Assembly: GCF_006345805.1 (NCBI RefSeq)
Contig: NC_043010.1
Location: 44,950,001 to 45,014,000 of the forward strand
DNA: 64,000 bases
Direction of reading: 5' to 3'
Source of the DNA: Octopus sinensis
Taxonomy: Eukaryota
Made by a program: the position numbers and the translations under genes. The notes beneath the pieces were generated by a model that did not search any database, was not told where the DNA came from, and was given only the letters and a program-made list of their open reading frames with translations. Positions 1-11,664 of this stretch are shown here, piece after piece. The stretch's first letter is position 1; the number at the start of each line of letters is the position of its first letter.

Positions 1-700
1 ATGAATGCTATTTATTAATTTAAGAAATTTTGTGAAGCCCTCCTTATTTGGGTTCCAAAATATGAAGCAGTCATCTCAGAATCTTTTCCAGTTTCTTATA
101 TGATAGGTTTGAAAGTGGTGTTCAAAAGCAGTTCTGGACAGGGTGTATATTGTTTCTTCTATGTATTCTATTACTAGTATGGCAAAACTTGGTGCGACTT
201 TCGTTGCCATTGTTGTGCCTTGTATTTGTAGACAAAATTGATTATCAAAGTAGAAGTAGTTGTTTTCCAGTACTATCCGTAAACCTTCAAGTATAAATTC
301 TTTTGAGAATCTCTCCAGATTTCTTTGTGGGTGTTTGCTTATCCAGAATTCTACTACTTTTAGCTCGTATACATGAGGGGTATTTGTGTAGAGACTAGTT
401 ACGTCAAAGGAAATTAGTCCTATCTCTTTATCTACCCATTCTGTGATATAGTTTAAGAAGTTCATGTCATCTCTGATGAAACTAGGAACCAATCTGCATA
501 AAGGTTTTAAAATTATGTCGAGTAAATTGCTTTATCTTTGGGTGCTGGATGATGGTCCTGCAACAATCGGATGCAACTTGAGATTAGTTAATTTAGGAAT
601 CTCTATATATGGAGCCTATATTGTATTGCACACGCATTAGCCCAATCTGACCGAATGTTAAAGTCATCTTCTTTGTAATTATGCACTCTTGGTTTAGGTC
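1..700 (-). mobile_element. Penelope-like retroelement, reverse transcriptase fragment (disabled)
   Basis: ORF 76-492 has SFDVTSLYTN and QIQGTTMATKVAPSFA. Past the stop the frame reads RF*DDCFIFW...INSIH, so the stop sits inside the catalytic motif. Upstream reads LHPIVAGPSSSTQR*SNLLDIILKPL. These are typical PLE RT motifs. Confidence 0.85.
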
Positions 701-1267
701 GCATTGCGTCACGTCTTGATGAAATGATCCATGCTGTGCAAATTACACTCGGTAGACAGAAACTGCGCAGGAAGGTACATACTCTGTGATACTGATTTTG
801 ACTGTGGAATGTCTGTGGAATTACCTTACATTCAGGAGAAGGTGATTCAGTTTATCAAGCAACTTAATCCTTCTCGTCGAACGAGGAAAAAGCTACCACA
901 CACACGGGCACACGCACGCACGTACACAAGCATACATATAGACGCGCGCGCGCGCAGAATTATTTCAAAACTTACGATCAAATGCTCGGAGTTGCGAACA
1001 TGTTATGTATGATATGTATGATTTCGAGATCAATCCCAACTAATATACGGAAACCGTGAGGAAGTACGTGTTAATCATGCATACGTATATTCGTACACAT
1101 ATACAGACACATATGTTTACATGTCTAGGTGTATGTGTGCGTGCGTTCGCTTGTTTTTGTTTACGTAGAGAACACTGGAGTAAGCTTTACTGGGTTCGAT
1201 TTGTTCGACGAAAGCAATCAAGAGTGTGCCTCTGCATGGCCGCAGTCCTTTGACTGAACAAGTAAAA

Positions 1268-1269
<2 letters not shown>

Positions 1270-1310
<41 letters not shown>

Positions 1311-1606
1311 GCACGCACGCACGCACACACACACACGTATACATACATACATATATATATATAATATATATATTATATATATATATATATGCATATTTAT
1401 ATATATATATATATATTATATTATATATATATATATATGCATATATATATATATATATATGCATATATATATATATATATGCATATATATATGCATATAT
1501 ATATATATATATGCATATATATATATGCATATATATATATGCATATGTATATATACATATGTATATATACATATGTATATATATACATACATATATATAT
1601 ATATAT
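1270..1606. repeat. Compound (TA)n/(CA)n/(TATG) microsatellite
   Basis: Directly visible; explains the YI/IY ORFs. Confidence 0.95.
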
Positions 1607-1610
1607 GTGT

Positions 1611-1885
1611 GTGGAGGCGCAATGGCCCAGTGGTTAGGGCAGCGGACTCGCGGTCGTAGGATCGCGGTTTCGATTCCCAGACCGGGCGTTGTGTGTGTTT
1701 ATTGAGCGAAAACACCCAAAGCTCCACGGGGCTCCGGCAGGAGGTGGTGGCAATCCTGCTGTACTCTTTCGTCACAACTTTCTCTCCCTCTTTCTTCTGT
1801 TGGCCTGCTCGCTTAGCCAGCGGGGTGGCGTCATTTGTGAAAGCACATTGTGACCAGCGATGGTCGGTCACGGTGATCACGGTGA
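1611..1885 (+). mobile_element. tRNA-derived SINE (family 1)
   Basis: GGAGGCGCAATGGCCCAGTGGTTAGG (A box) and GGTTTCGATTCC (B box); a homologous copy lies on the minus strand at 63185-63384. Confidence 0.85.
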
Positions 1886-1904
1886 TATATATATGTATGT
1901 ATAA

Positions 1905-1957
<53 letters not shown>

Positions 1958-2339
1958 TATATATATGTATATATACATATATTCATATAACATAATCTAT
2001 GCATGCATAAACCCAAGTCCTCTGTTTGTGTCAAAGTTGCCGTCTACACTCGTTAACGAATTTTCGTGAAGCTTTGTAAACTTTGTAAACATGAAGCTTT
2101 GTAAACATGTTCAAGTAACATTCAGCTTGTTGCTAGGCTCCTTGAAGTTTAATAAGAGTCTATAATTAGATGGCTAGGGCCCCTGGAAGGGGTTCACATA
2201 TATAATCAATATATTTTCCTTTAAAGCCAAGGGAAACAACCCATTCATTCTCCTAACCAAGGGAAATAACCCATTCATTTTCCTTCTGTGTAAGCTTGCC
2301 TTTGGGACATATATCTGATTTAATGGAACTAATGAATAA

Positions 2340-3349
2340 GGTGTTTCCTAATCCGAGGAAGCAGTTTACAGACCATTTTAGCTCCAAAGAATGTGGCAGT
2401 TGATGATTTGAACATCAAACTTCTGGAACAGTAGCCTGATGAGCGTCACATCTACAATTCTATTCACACTGTACTCAACATCGATGAAGCTGTGAATAAT
2501 CCAGTTGAATTCTTCAATAGTCTAACACCACCCGATCTGTAATTCCCGTTGAAACTGAGCTTTGCAATGCGCTATAACAAGGACAAGGGACAGTACTTGG
2601 ATGTGGTATGTCTGAATCTTGCGGAACCAGTTTTCTCCCATGGTCAACTTTATGTGGGATGCTCAATGGTCGGCAATCCTAAACATTTGTTTATTTGTGT
2701 CCAACAAGGAAAGACCAAAGATGTTGTTTATCAAGAAGCCCTGCAAACTTAATAAGATTCACCAAATCATCAAATATCTATTATTTAACTGTAATATTTG
2801 TGTTGTAAACATATTGATAATCAACATGTTATTATATTTTAAATCTATATGTAAATTTATTTGTATGTCTAGTGTAAAACTAAATGTCAGTCTGTTTCTA
2901 CATCATTGTAAATCTATTTCAACACTATCGTTCTTAAGGGTTATATTCTGTGGGAAAACACAAAAGCCCTTTTCAGAGTTATTTACTTTGAATTGGTTTT
3001 ATCTCATATCCGAACAGCCTGTTATTACGTAACATGCTTCGCGATTTTGGTATACGTAACTTATTGGTATTTCCTTTTTTTCGGGACCATTTTATTTGAA
3101 TTCTTACTATCGGGTAACTAGTTTCATGTTATTACGTAACCGACTTCACGATTTGGGTATTCATAACTTATTGGGGTTTCCTAAAAACAGGATCCTATGT
3201 AAGACAGTTCGGTATTGTCTGTTAATGCACAAAAACCGTTTTAAGGGCTACATACTTTGTATTGTTGTTATTGGATTAGCAAAACAGTTATGAGAAAGGA
3301 ACCAACAGATAAGCCCCGCTTTTCTGGAAATTACCGGGTACGTAGCTAG
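2340..3349 (+). mobile_element. Helitron remnant (Pif1-type helicase C-terminus plus 3' end)
   Basis: LAPKNVAVDDLN...AVNNPVEFFNSLTPP, then LKLSFAM..NK.KGQ.LD...FSHGQLYVGCS..KTKDVVYQEAL; decayed hairpin followed by CTAG at 3346-3349. Confidence 0.8.
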
Positions 3350-3429
3350 CATAATATAAAATAATATATGATGTAATATAAAACATTCACGAAGAGTTTA
3401 ATGATTATTCTGTACAACTGCTAAGTTTA

Positions 3430-4886
3430 CTGGGCAGTTGTTATTAGTAATCAGAACTTTTCTCATGGACTGTACAATTAAACATCAATGAAAGTCCACA
3501 ATAAGAAAGTCCACCCTAAGGAAGATATAGAGCAACTTTACCTGCCAGGAAAATAGGGTCACCGTGGATGTTTACAACTGGAATTGACAATGAAAATTGC
3601 TACAATTGGTCTTACCTGAAAAGCTCTGATGACTGGATATTAAAGCTTGTTTTAAAGCATGTAACAAGAAAACCTCATACTCAGTAAAAAAACGGACAAA
3701 GAAATATCTATGGGAATTCCAAATACAACAAATTCCAGAGTTAGACCTACTAGAAACAAGCGTAGAAAAAGCTAAGTGCATGAAAACTCTTGCTAAAACT
3801 ACTGCCTTAGATATTCTTACTGATAAATGGTAAGAAAAGCCTCTCAATAGCAAATGCCCACAGAGAGCAAATAATGCTGATTTTGACAAAGCCCTTACCC
3901 ACCAATGAATGATTAGTGTTTTCTGGTTTAAAATCAGTGACAGAAGGGTTTATCTTAGCAGCCCAAGAACAATGCCAATCTACAAGAAGCTACCAGACCA
4001 ACATCTTAAAGAGTGGTAGTAGCCTCACATGTAGAGTATATAACAACAGAATGAAACCATCGATCATGTTGTCTCCAAGTGCAGTCTTCTTGCGTCTGCA
4101 GAGTATCTCAACAGGCATGATAGAGCAGCTCAGTATATTCACTGGATAATTTGAAAAGACTTGGGCTTGCCACATGATAAAAACTGGTGGAAAAACAGAC
4201 CATCTCTAGTGCTTGAAAATGAATGCATCTTTCTCCTTTGAAACTTTACTATTCAAACTGACAGAATGAGAAATACAAATAGGCCTGTCATTATATTGAA
4301 GGATTTCAGACAAAAATCATACCTCCTCAGTGATATGACTGTCCCAATCAACGTAACTGTTTCTGTTAAGACCTACCAAAATCTGAACAAGTATAATGAT
4401 CTTGAAATAGAAATTGGCAAAATGTGGAACATCATGACAAACAATATCTGTTGTTATAGGTGCCCTTCGAATGAGAGCAAAAGGAACTGACTGCTACCTA
4501 TCTTAGATATCAGGAAATTCAAAAATGGAAGAAATTCCATAAATAGTGTTCATGGGAACTGCACATACCCTAAGAAAAATATGTATGTAATCCACCCAAT
4601 TTTTAAATCTGAAAACATTTTATCAAAAGTACTTTTAAATGTACATAATAGCAAATAACTTTTACTGTCATCTTAACATCACACTATCATCTTATAATGA
4701 AATTACTTTTAAAACAAACTTATAAATTTCTTATGTTTTGATAGACATTCTCCAGAACAATACTCTGTGCAAAATCAAAAATATGGCACCCTAGTCATAA
4801 CACCTGCTTGAACTTCTAACTTGTCTCTTGAGGTCTCTGGGTGAGACTTGGAGTCAACTTGTACAAATACAAAGCAAAAGCCAAAC

Positions 4887-4887
<1 letters not shown>
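3430..4887 (+). mobile_element. R4/Dong-like LINE, subfamily A, 5'-truncated and decayed
   Basis: Homologous by eye to 49100-50350; contains NRPVIILKDFRQKSYLLSDMTVP...KTYQNLNKYNDLEIEI (RLE domain); the 3'UTR ends in an (AAT)n tail. Confidence 0.85.
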
Positions 4888-4943
<56 letters not shown>

Positions 4944-4973
4944 TAATGATAATAATAATAATGATAATAATAA

Positions 4974-5339
4974 TAATTGAGGTATCAATACCAGCAGATG
5001 ACAACGTGTCTCTAAAAGAAATGGAGAAACTTTCAAAATACAAAGACCTGGAAATGGAGGTAACCAGAATGTGAAATCTAAAAACAGAAACAATTCCTAT
5101 CATAGTTGGTGCATCAGGCATGATAAAAAAATATTCAGACAAATACATAACAAAAACACCAGGACTTACAAACACATATAACATACAGAAAATTGCACTA
5201 CTAGGCACTACACACATCCTACGCAGAACACTTTCCATACAATGACCATCAGAGCATCACAACAAATCACTGCACATACCCAAGGCACACAGAGCTGCGC
5301 TCGGTAGTGAAGTGAAAGCATGCTATAAAAAATAAACTA

Positions 5340-5342
<3 letters not shown>
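4974..5342 (+). mobile_element. R4/Dong-like LINE, subfamily B, short 3' fragment inserted in the AAT tail of the preceding copy
   Basis: VSIPADDNVSLKEMEKLSKYKDLEMEVTRM and a 3'UTR near-identical to 56380-56748; flanked by (AAT)n on both sides. Confidence 0.92.
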
Positions 5343-5376
<34 letters not shown>

Positions 5377-5387
5377 TAATAATATAA

Positions 5388-5434
<47 letters not shown>

Positions 5435-5564
5435 TTATAATAATAATAATAATAATAATATAATGAATGATGATGATGATGATGAGGACGACGACGACGA
5501 CGACGATGACGATGATGATGATGATGATGATGATGATGACGACGATGATGATGACGACGACGAC

Positions 5565-5649
<85 letters not shown>

Positions 5650-5904
5650 TGATGATGATGATGATGATCATAATGATGATGATGATGATGATGATGATGA
5701 TCATAATATAATAATAATAATAATATAATAATAATGATAATAATATAATAATAATAATAATAATGATAATAATAATAATGATAATAATAATAATAATAAT
5801 AATAATGAATAATAATAAATAATAATGATAATAATGATAATATAATAATAATAATAATGATAATAATAATAATATAATGATAATAATAATAATATAATAA
5901 TAAT
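5343..5904. repeat. (AAT)n tract with internal (GAT/GAC)n block (~5464-5702)
   Basis: Directly visible. Confidence 0.95.
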
Positions 5905-6446
5905 GCCGTACCAGGCAATGGCTCTCATGGCTTCTGATCTTAACTGATTGGAAGTGTTATCATGTACATTGTTTTGTCTTGGTATAAAAGATGGGCTACA
6001 GCAAATATTCTGCTCAATACCATAGATTTGCTTGTCAGTTGTTTGACCTTAACCAGTTGAGCATGTCCCTTAGTGGCTGACGATATGTGCATCTCTGATC
6101 ACGAGCAGAAGTAGTGGGGGAGCATCATAGCCATGGTTGAGAGGGATTCTTTGGGGTTTGAATGATTCACTCTGGAAACATGGGTGGTTCTTTCAACATC
6201 CTTAAACAACCCTTATTCAGGGACCGCTTGAGCGGGATGGGCTACTCAACCTGAAGAAAATTCTAACTGGCCCCACCTGCAAGGTCATGAGCTGTTTATC
6301 TGATATGAGATCACCATGTCGCGCACATATGGTTGTGATGCATGTGCCTGGTGTGCCCTTATCAGACGGGTAGTCATGATGGGTATATTGGGCTTCGTAT
6401 ATTTTACCCCAGTGTCACTTTGATGGCATGAACTGCTCTCTCACTC
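5905..6446 (+). mobile_element. AAT-embedded ~553-bp non-coding element, copy 1
   Basis: Near-identical by eye to 7006-7558 and 60259-60812 apart from small deletions; ends CTCTCTCACTC followed by (AAT)n. Confidence 0.85.
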
Positions 6447-6577
6447 AATAATATAATAATAATATAATAATAATAATGATAATGATAATATAATAATAAT
6501 AATAATATATAATAATAATAATATAATAATAGTAATAGTAATATAATATAATGATAATAATAATAATAATAATAATA

Positions 6578-6616
<39 letters not shown>

Positions 6617-6656
6617 TAATAATAATAATGATAATAATAATAATAATAATAATATG

Positions 6657-6687
<31 letters not shown>

Positions 6688-6954
6688 TAATAATAATATA
6701 ATAATAATGATAATAATAATAATAATAATGATAATAATATAATAATAATAATATATAATAATAATAATAATAATATAATAATAATGATAATAATAATAAT
6801 GATAATAATAATAATAATAATAATAATGATATAATATAATAATAATAATAAGATGATAATAATAATAATAATAATGATAATAATAATAATAATAATGATA
6901 ATAATAATAATAATAATAAATAATAATATAATGATAATAATAATAATAATAATG

Positions 6955-6992
<38 letters not shown>

Positions 6993-7005
6993 TATAATAA
7001 TAAAT
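6447..7005. repeat. Interrupted (AAT)n tract
   Basis: Directly visible, with AT and GAT interruptions. Confidence 0.95.
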
Positions 7006-7558
7006 GCCCTGATGCAGTACCAGGCAGTGGCTCTCATGGCTTCTGATCTTAACTGATTGGAAGTGTTATCATGTACATTGTTTTGTCTTGGTATAAAAGA
7101 TGGGCTACAGCAATATTCTGCTCAATACCACAGATTTGCTTGTCAGTTGTTTGACCTTAACCAGTTGAGCATGTCCCTTAGTGGCTGACGATATGTGCAT
7201 CTCTGATCACGAGCAGAAGTAGTGGGGGAGAGCATCATAGCCATGTTTGAGAGGGATTCTTTGGGGTTTGAATAGTTCACCTCTGGAAACATGGGTGGTT
7301 CTTTCAACATCCTTAAGCAACCCTTATTCAGGGACCGTTTGAGCGGGATGGGCTACTCAAACTGAAGAAAATTCTAACTGGGCCCCCACCTGCAAGGTCA
7401 TGTGCTGTTTATCTTGATATGAGATCACCATGTCGCGCACATTGGTTGTGATGCATGTGCCTGGTGTACCTTTATCAACGGGTAGTCATGATGGGTATAT
7501 TGGGCTTCGTATATTTTACCCCAGTGTCACTTTGATGGCATGAACTGCTCTCTCACTC
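7006..7558 (+). mobile_element. AAT-embedded ~553-bp non-coding element, copy 2
   Basis: (AAT)n-AATGCCCTGATGCAGTACCAGGCAGTGG...GAACTGCTCTCTCACTC-(AAT)n. Confidence 0.85.
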
Positions 7559-7584
7559 AATAATAATAATAATAATAATAATAA

Positions 7585-7926
7585 TGGAGCTTAATGTTCA
7601 ACAATAAACGGTGGTTCGCTCTGAAAAGGACGATTAGAATAGAATCGATAAGTTTAGCAAAGAACTAGCTATAGAAAGAAACAGCGTAGAGGCAGAGTTA
7701 GTCAGGAGGTTAAATGAAAATTTTAGAAAAGACATTGCGACCGATGTGCTCGCAGCAAGATTGACACTCTTCAACGCAAAACACGATGTTTGCATTGTCA
7801 GAGCTAAGGCGCTTGCTCTTGGACATGAAGGGATGAAAGCCGTTCAATGGGCCCAAGTGGAAGAGGCACTGCGTAGCAACAAATCCAGGATTCGATGCTT
7901 ACTGGACCACAACGGACAAACGGTAA
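7585..7926 (+). mobile_element. Tx1/L1-like LINE ORF2 fragment (between endonuclease and RT)
   Basis: CAACAATAAACGGTGGTTCGCTCTGAAAAGGACGATTAG...AGCTATAGAAAGAAA is homologous to the reverse complement of 50355-50460, which is part of an APE-bearing Tx1-like element. Confidence 0.7.
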
Positions 7927-9540
7927 CACTGGCCAAAAATTTTAACTTTTTTTCTAAGTTTGAGATCTGTCTCAGGGTAATTTAGGATCACTGAGTTTAA
8001 AAATGGCAATAGTTTTTTTTCTGTCACGTCTTCTTTTTTCTATGGTCTGGTCCATATTGGCTCCCACCCATAGCCCCATGTTTGAAATGTTTGAATCATT
8101 CTGACTTTTTTGTTATATATATGGATTTTTACAACACCTAGTCAAAGAATGAACGTTAGTGACATTGTGAAAAGATCCTACTTGGCTTACTTGAAGATTA
8201 AAGTTGATGATCAGAATAAATCGTGGACCTGCACAATGTATGTAAACCCTATGTCGAAAATCTACGCCAATGGACAAAGGGCACAAGGAAACAGCTAACA
8301 TTTAACATTTCTTTGAGATAATGGGAGCCAAAGAACCACGTAGACGATTGCTACTTTTGTCTCACAAAGACTTCTTGTTATAGCAAGAGAACGTGTCAGA
8401 AAATAAGTTATTCAAATCTGGATTCAGCAATTCATCCAGTGCTTCACTCATATGAAATGCCAGTACCCGCTTTCAAGGATCTATCTTCACTGCAAGGTGA
8501 AAGTGATATATGTGAAGTAGGTATAAGTCATGAACATGTAGACCTTGTAGAAACATCAGGCAAAGGACGTGAAAACTTCAACCAGGCAGCACTTAATAAT
8601 TTAGTTAGAGACCTAGCACTGTCAAAAAAGTTATCAGAACTGTTTAGCTTCTAGTCTAAAAGAGAAGAATTTGTTGCAGAAAGAAACAAACGTGACTTTT
8701 TATCAGAACAAGGAAAAATATCTCTTAGCATTCTTTATAACTGGAAAAGATTTTGTTTACTGTTGTGACGTGGCGGGACTGTTAAACACGATTGGTGTTG
8801 AACAGTATCATCCTGGTGCATGGAGACTCTTTACAGATAGTTCAAAGAAGAGTCTAGAATGTGTATTACTCTATAATGGAAACTTGTCTGGAGTGCTTCC
8901 TATTGGTTAGTCTGTGCACTTAAAATAGAGTTATGATCGCATAAAAGTTGTATTAGATTTACTTAAGTATAATTAACACAAATGGGTAATATGTGTAGAT
9001 CTAAAACTTTTTACTCGGCCAACAAGGAGGGCATACAAAATATCCATGTATTCTGTGTTTATGGGATAGCCAAGAGAGGAGACAAACATTGGGAACAAAA
9101 ACTCTGGCCAGTTAGGAAAAGTTTGACTGTTGTGGGGAAGAATATCATACACCAACCACTTGTTGAGCGAGAGAAAGTCATGTTTCCACCCCCTCATATT
9201 AAACTAGAACTAATGAAGTAATTTGTCAAAGCTCTTAATGTGGAAGGTAACGATTTCAAATTCATATGTACAACATTTCCTGGATTATATTATGATAAAA
9301 TAACGGCTTGTGTTTTTGATGGACCACAAATCAGAAAGTTAACGAAATGCCAGAATTTCTCGAGCTTGATGGCTGACATAGAAAAAGAACATAGGATTCG
9401 TTTGTGACTGTTGTGAAAGGATTTGGCAGTGAAAAGGCTTAAACTACAAGGATTTGGTGGAGACATTACTTGATAGCTTTCATCTTTTAGGCTGCAAAAT
9501 GAGTATAAAGCTTCATTTTCTCAATATTCATCTCGACGAT
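7927..9540 (+). mobile_element. Chapaev3-type DNA transposon, 3'-truncated, decayed transposase
   Basis: The left end TAA|CACTGG matches the second copy. Fragments LVRDLALSK..LKEKNLL, WRLFTDSSKKSLECVLLYNGN, PPPHIKLELMK and CKMSIKLHFLNIHLD align with 36522-38116. The superfamily label comes from recalled Chapaev3 motifs and termini. Confidence 0.8.
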
Positions 9541-10700
9541 AAACCAAGAAAAGTCAGTGGACTTGTGGATCGGTACCTGGAGAAGCAAGTTTATACCGCC
9601 CAACTGCGTCATTGGCCGCTGAACGGATGGACCGAATATATTTGCCCGGGGTCTAGTTTGGTCCGGAATTCCAAATAGACAAACACTGGGGCGCGGTAAC
9701 GAGCAGGGTGACTACTCTTACCCAGAAATGAGCTGAGAGGAAATTATCCCTGAAAGGTCGGGCAGAGGTGGGTTATACGTACATCGCGCCTGTCATCTAC
9801 CGCTTGACCGTCGTTCATTCACTCGGCCTCCGTCTGATTACATTGGAGCGTGTAATCTTCCGCTTCTTGTAGAAGGGACGCGTTTCGATGGTCAGGCGGT
9901 CTATCTGCTATCAACAGCCACTGCGTGGTGGCCTAGGAATGCCGCGGTTGATGACGCGCAGACATGGGCTAAGGCTACGACATCCTTAACGCTTCCTTGA
10001 CGGTGAACAGGTGTGGTTGCTGTTTGCCAGATACGTATTTCCCGAGCTGGTTTCATTAATGAAGCTTGAGTTCTGGGTCAGACAGAAACTCAGAGAAGGC
10101 ATTTGAAAAGTGGAATGTCTTCAAGCGCTCCATCGGCCAGTAGGACACTGCGTTAGATGGAAAATCCACATTAGCGTTCTATATAGGGTTAGTGGAGAGA
10201 AAGTGGGACCACGTTCTTTGGAGACCTTGGGCGTCGAAGAAGACCAACAAGCTACTCTCTTCTGGAGATCTTTCGGCTCAGGACAGATTAATAACTTCCA
10301 AAAACCTCTGGCCTAGCAGTACTTCCGGGGAGCTTTGCCTGTTTGAGATAAACTAAACAGGCACAGAAGTGCCATCAGCCGAACATTTCAGGGGCGCTCA
10401 TCTAGTGCCCGAGCATTGCTGACCTGTGGGTTAATGTCGAACACCTGCTGTCGCGTGTGGGACGGATCTGACTATCAACTGAATCCTTCTGTCTGAAGCT
10501 ATAGTGGAAGACACTTGTCCAAGGTGCCACGTAGTGGGAGTAATCTCGGAACCATATGGTTTTGGAAGTAAGCTTCTTAGAAAAGTAGAAATAGTAGTTT
10601 AAGGTGAAAATAGACGTGTTTGCGGCATACATCACATCAACTGGGACCAACTGGGAACTAGAACAGTGAACTTGATTCACTAGGAGCCTTACACCAGGTT
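9541..10700 (+). mobile_element. Tx1/L1-like LINE ORF2 3' part (RT thumb plus zinc knuckle region), decayed
   Basis: KSVDLWIGTW, LSLKGRAEVGYTYIAPVIYRL, QQPLRGGLGMPRL and C-terminal CPSIADLW. Confidence 0.7.
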
Positions 10701-10739
10701 AAGTGAGTTCCTCTCTAATAATTCTAATTTTTGACAGAA

Positions 10740-11100
10740 GGACTGAAATTTTGCTGGAGGGAGGGAGCTAGTCGATTACATCGACCCTAGTGCTCAAGTG
10801 GTACTTATGTTATCGACACCAAAACGACGAAAAGCAAAATTGACCTCGGCGGAATCTGAGGTCAGGACGTAAAGACGGACGAAATGCTGCTAGCCATGAA
10901 GTTTGCCAGTAATAATGGCTTCAATCTTTTTGGCACAAGGTCAGCAATTTCGGTGGAGGAGCTAAGTCGATTATATGTCCCCAGTGCTCAACTGGTACTT
11001 ATATTATCGACCCCGAGAGGATGAAAGGTAAAGTCGACCTCGGCGGAATTTGAACTCAGAACTTTTTCTGGCATGCTAAGGATTTGTGCCAGCTCACAGC
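10740..11100 (-). mobile_element. Two partial SINE copies (family 2)
   Basis: Reverse-complement matches to GTTCTGAGTTCAAATTCCGCCGAGGTCGACTTT.CCTTTCATCC..CGGGGTCGATAA.ATAAGTACCAG. Confidence 0.85.
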
Positions 11101-11664
11101 CTGAAGTTGATCTGTAATAATAATCTAAAACTTTTGTACAAGGCGATAGATTCCTAGTAAAGTTGTACTGTCGATTGAATCGATTCCAGTATAACGTTCT
11201 CGTTATCCCCTTTTGAGGGATAAAACAGTAACTCATTCCCCATCTACCACAGTCTTTAGTATTAGTCTGTGATAAGAATGAACATATCTATTTAAAATAT
11301 TCATCTATTTAGAAGTACATCTTAAATAAAAGAAACAAAACAAAGCAGAGAATAATATAATATTTATTATTAGCAGCGTATAAATACGTATATAAAAATG
11401 TTGCTTCATTCAGTCCTTTAGTTTTGATCCCAGGCCTTACATTCTATGGTTTACAAGATGAATGCTAGTGTTCCTTATGACCTATTAATTCTATTGAGTG
11501 TTGAAATCTACTGTAACATAAAAGACATGTTTGTTTATATTACATATAATACTTAAAGTAATATGAAGTAGATATTATTTCTTTAAGTGTACAGGATTTT
11601 TCGCACCTGGTCTAATATTGTGGAAAAGTTTATGTATGAATACGTAACTGAAACTTATAAATAA

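Noticed and set aside
70-81. In-frame TGA within the PLE catalytic motif (RF*DD) as a selenocysteine codon
   Set aside because: One substitution from TTA (Leu), the element has other stops, and no SECIS is evident; an ordinary nonsense mutation is simpler.
1611-1690. tRNA gene
   Set aside because: A/B boxes are present but there is no complete cloverleaf, and the sequence continues into a repeated SINE body.
1117-2034. Long YI/IY/MYVC-type ORFs here and at 16.8-20.2 kb, 23.1-23.4 kb and 43.5-45.1 kb
   Set aside because: Read-through of stop-free microsatellites.
5435-5711. Poly-Asp/Ser/Met ORFs, and the poly-Glu/Lys ORFs at 62577-62949
   Set aside because: Pure trinucleotide repeats with no coding context.
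5343-7585. CRISPR-like repeat-spacer arrangement
   Set aside because: The 'repeats' are variable AAT tracts and the 'spacers' are copies of one element; eukaryotic context and no cas genes.
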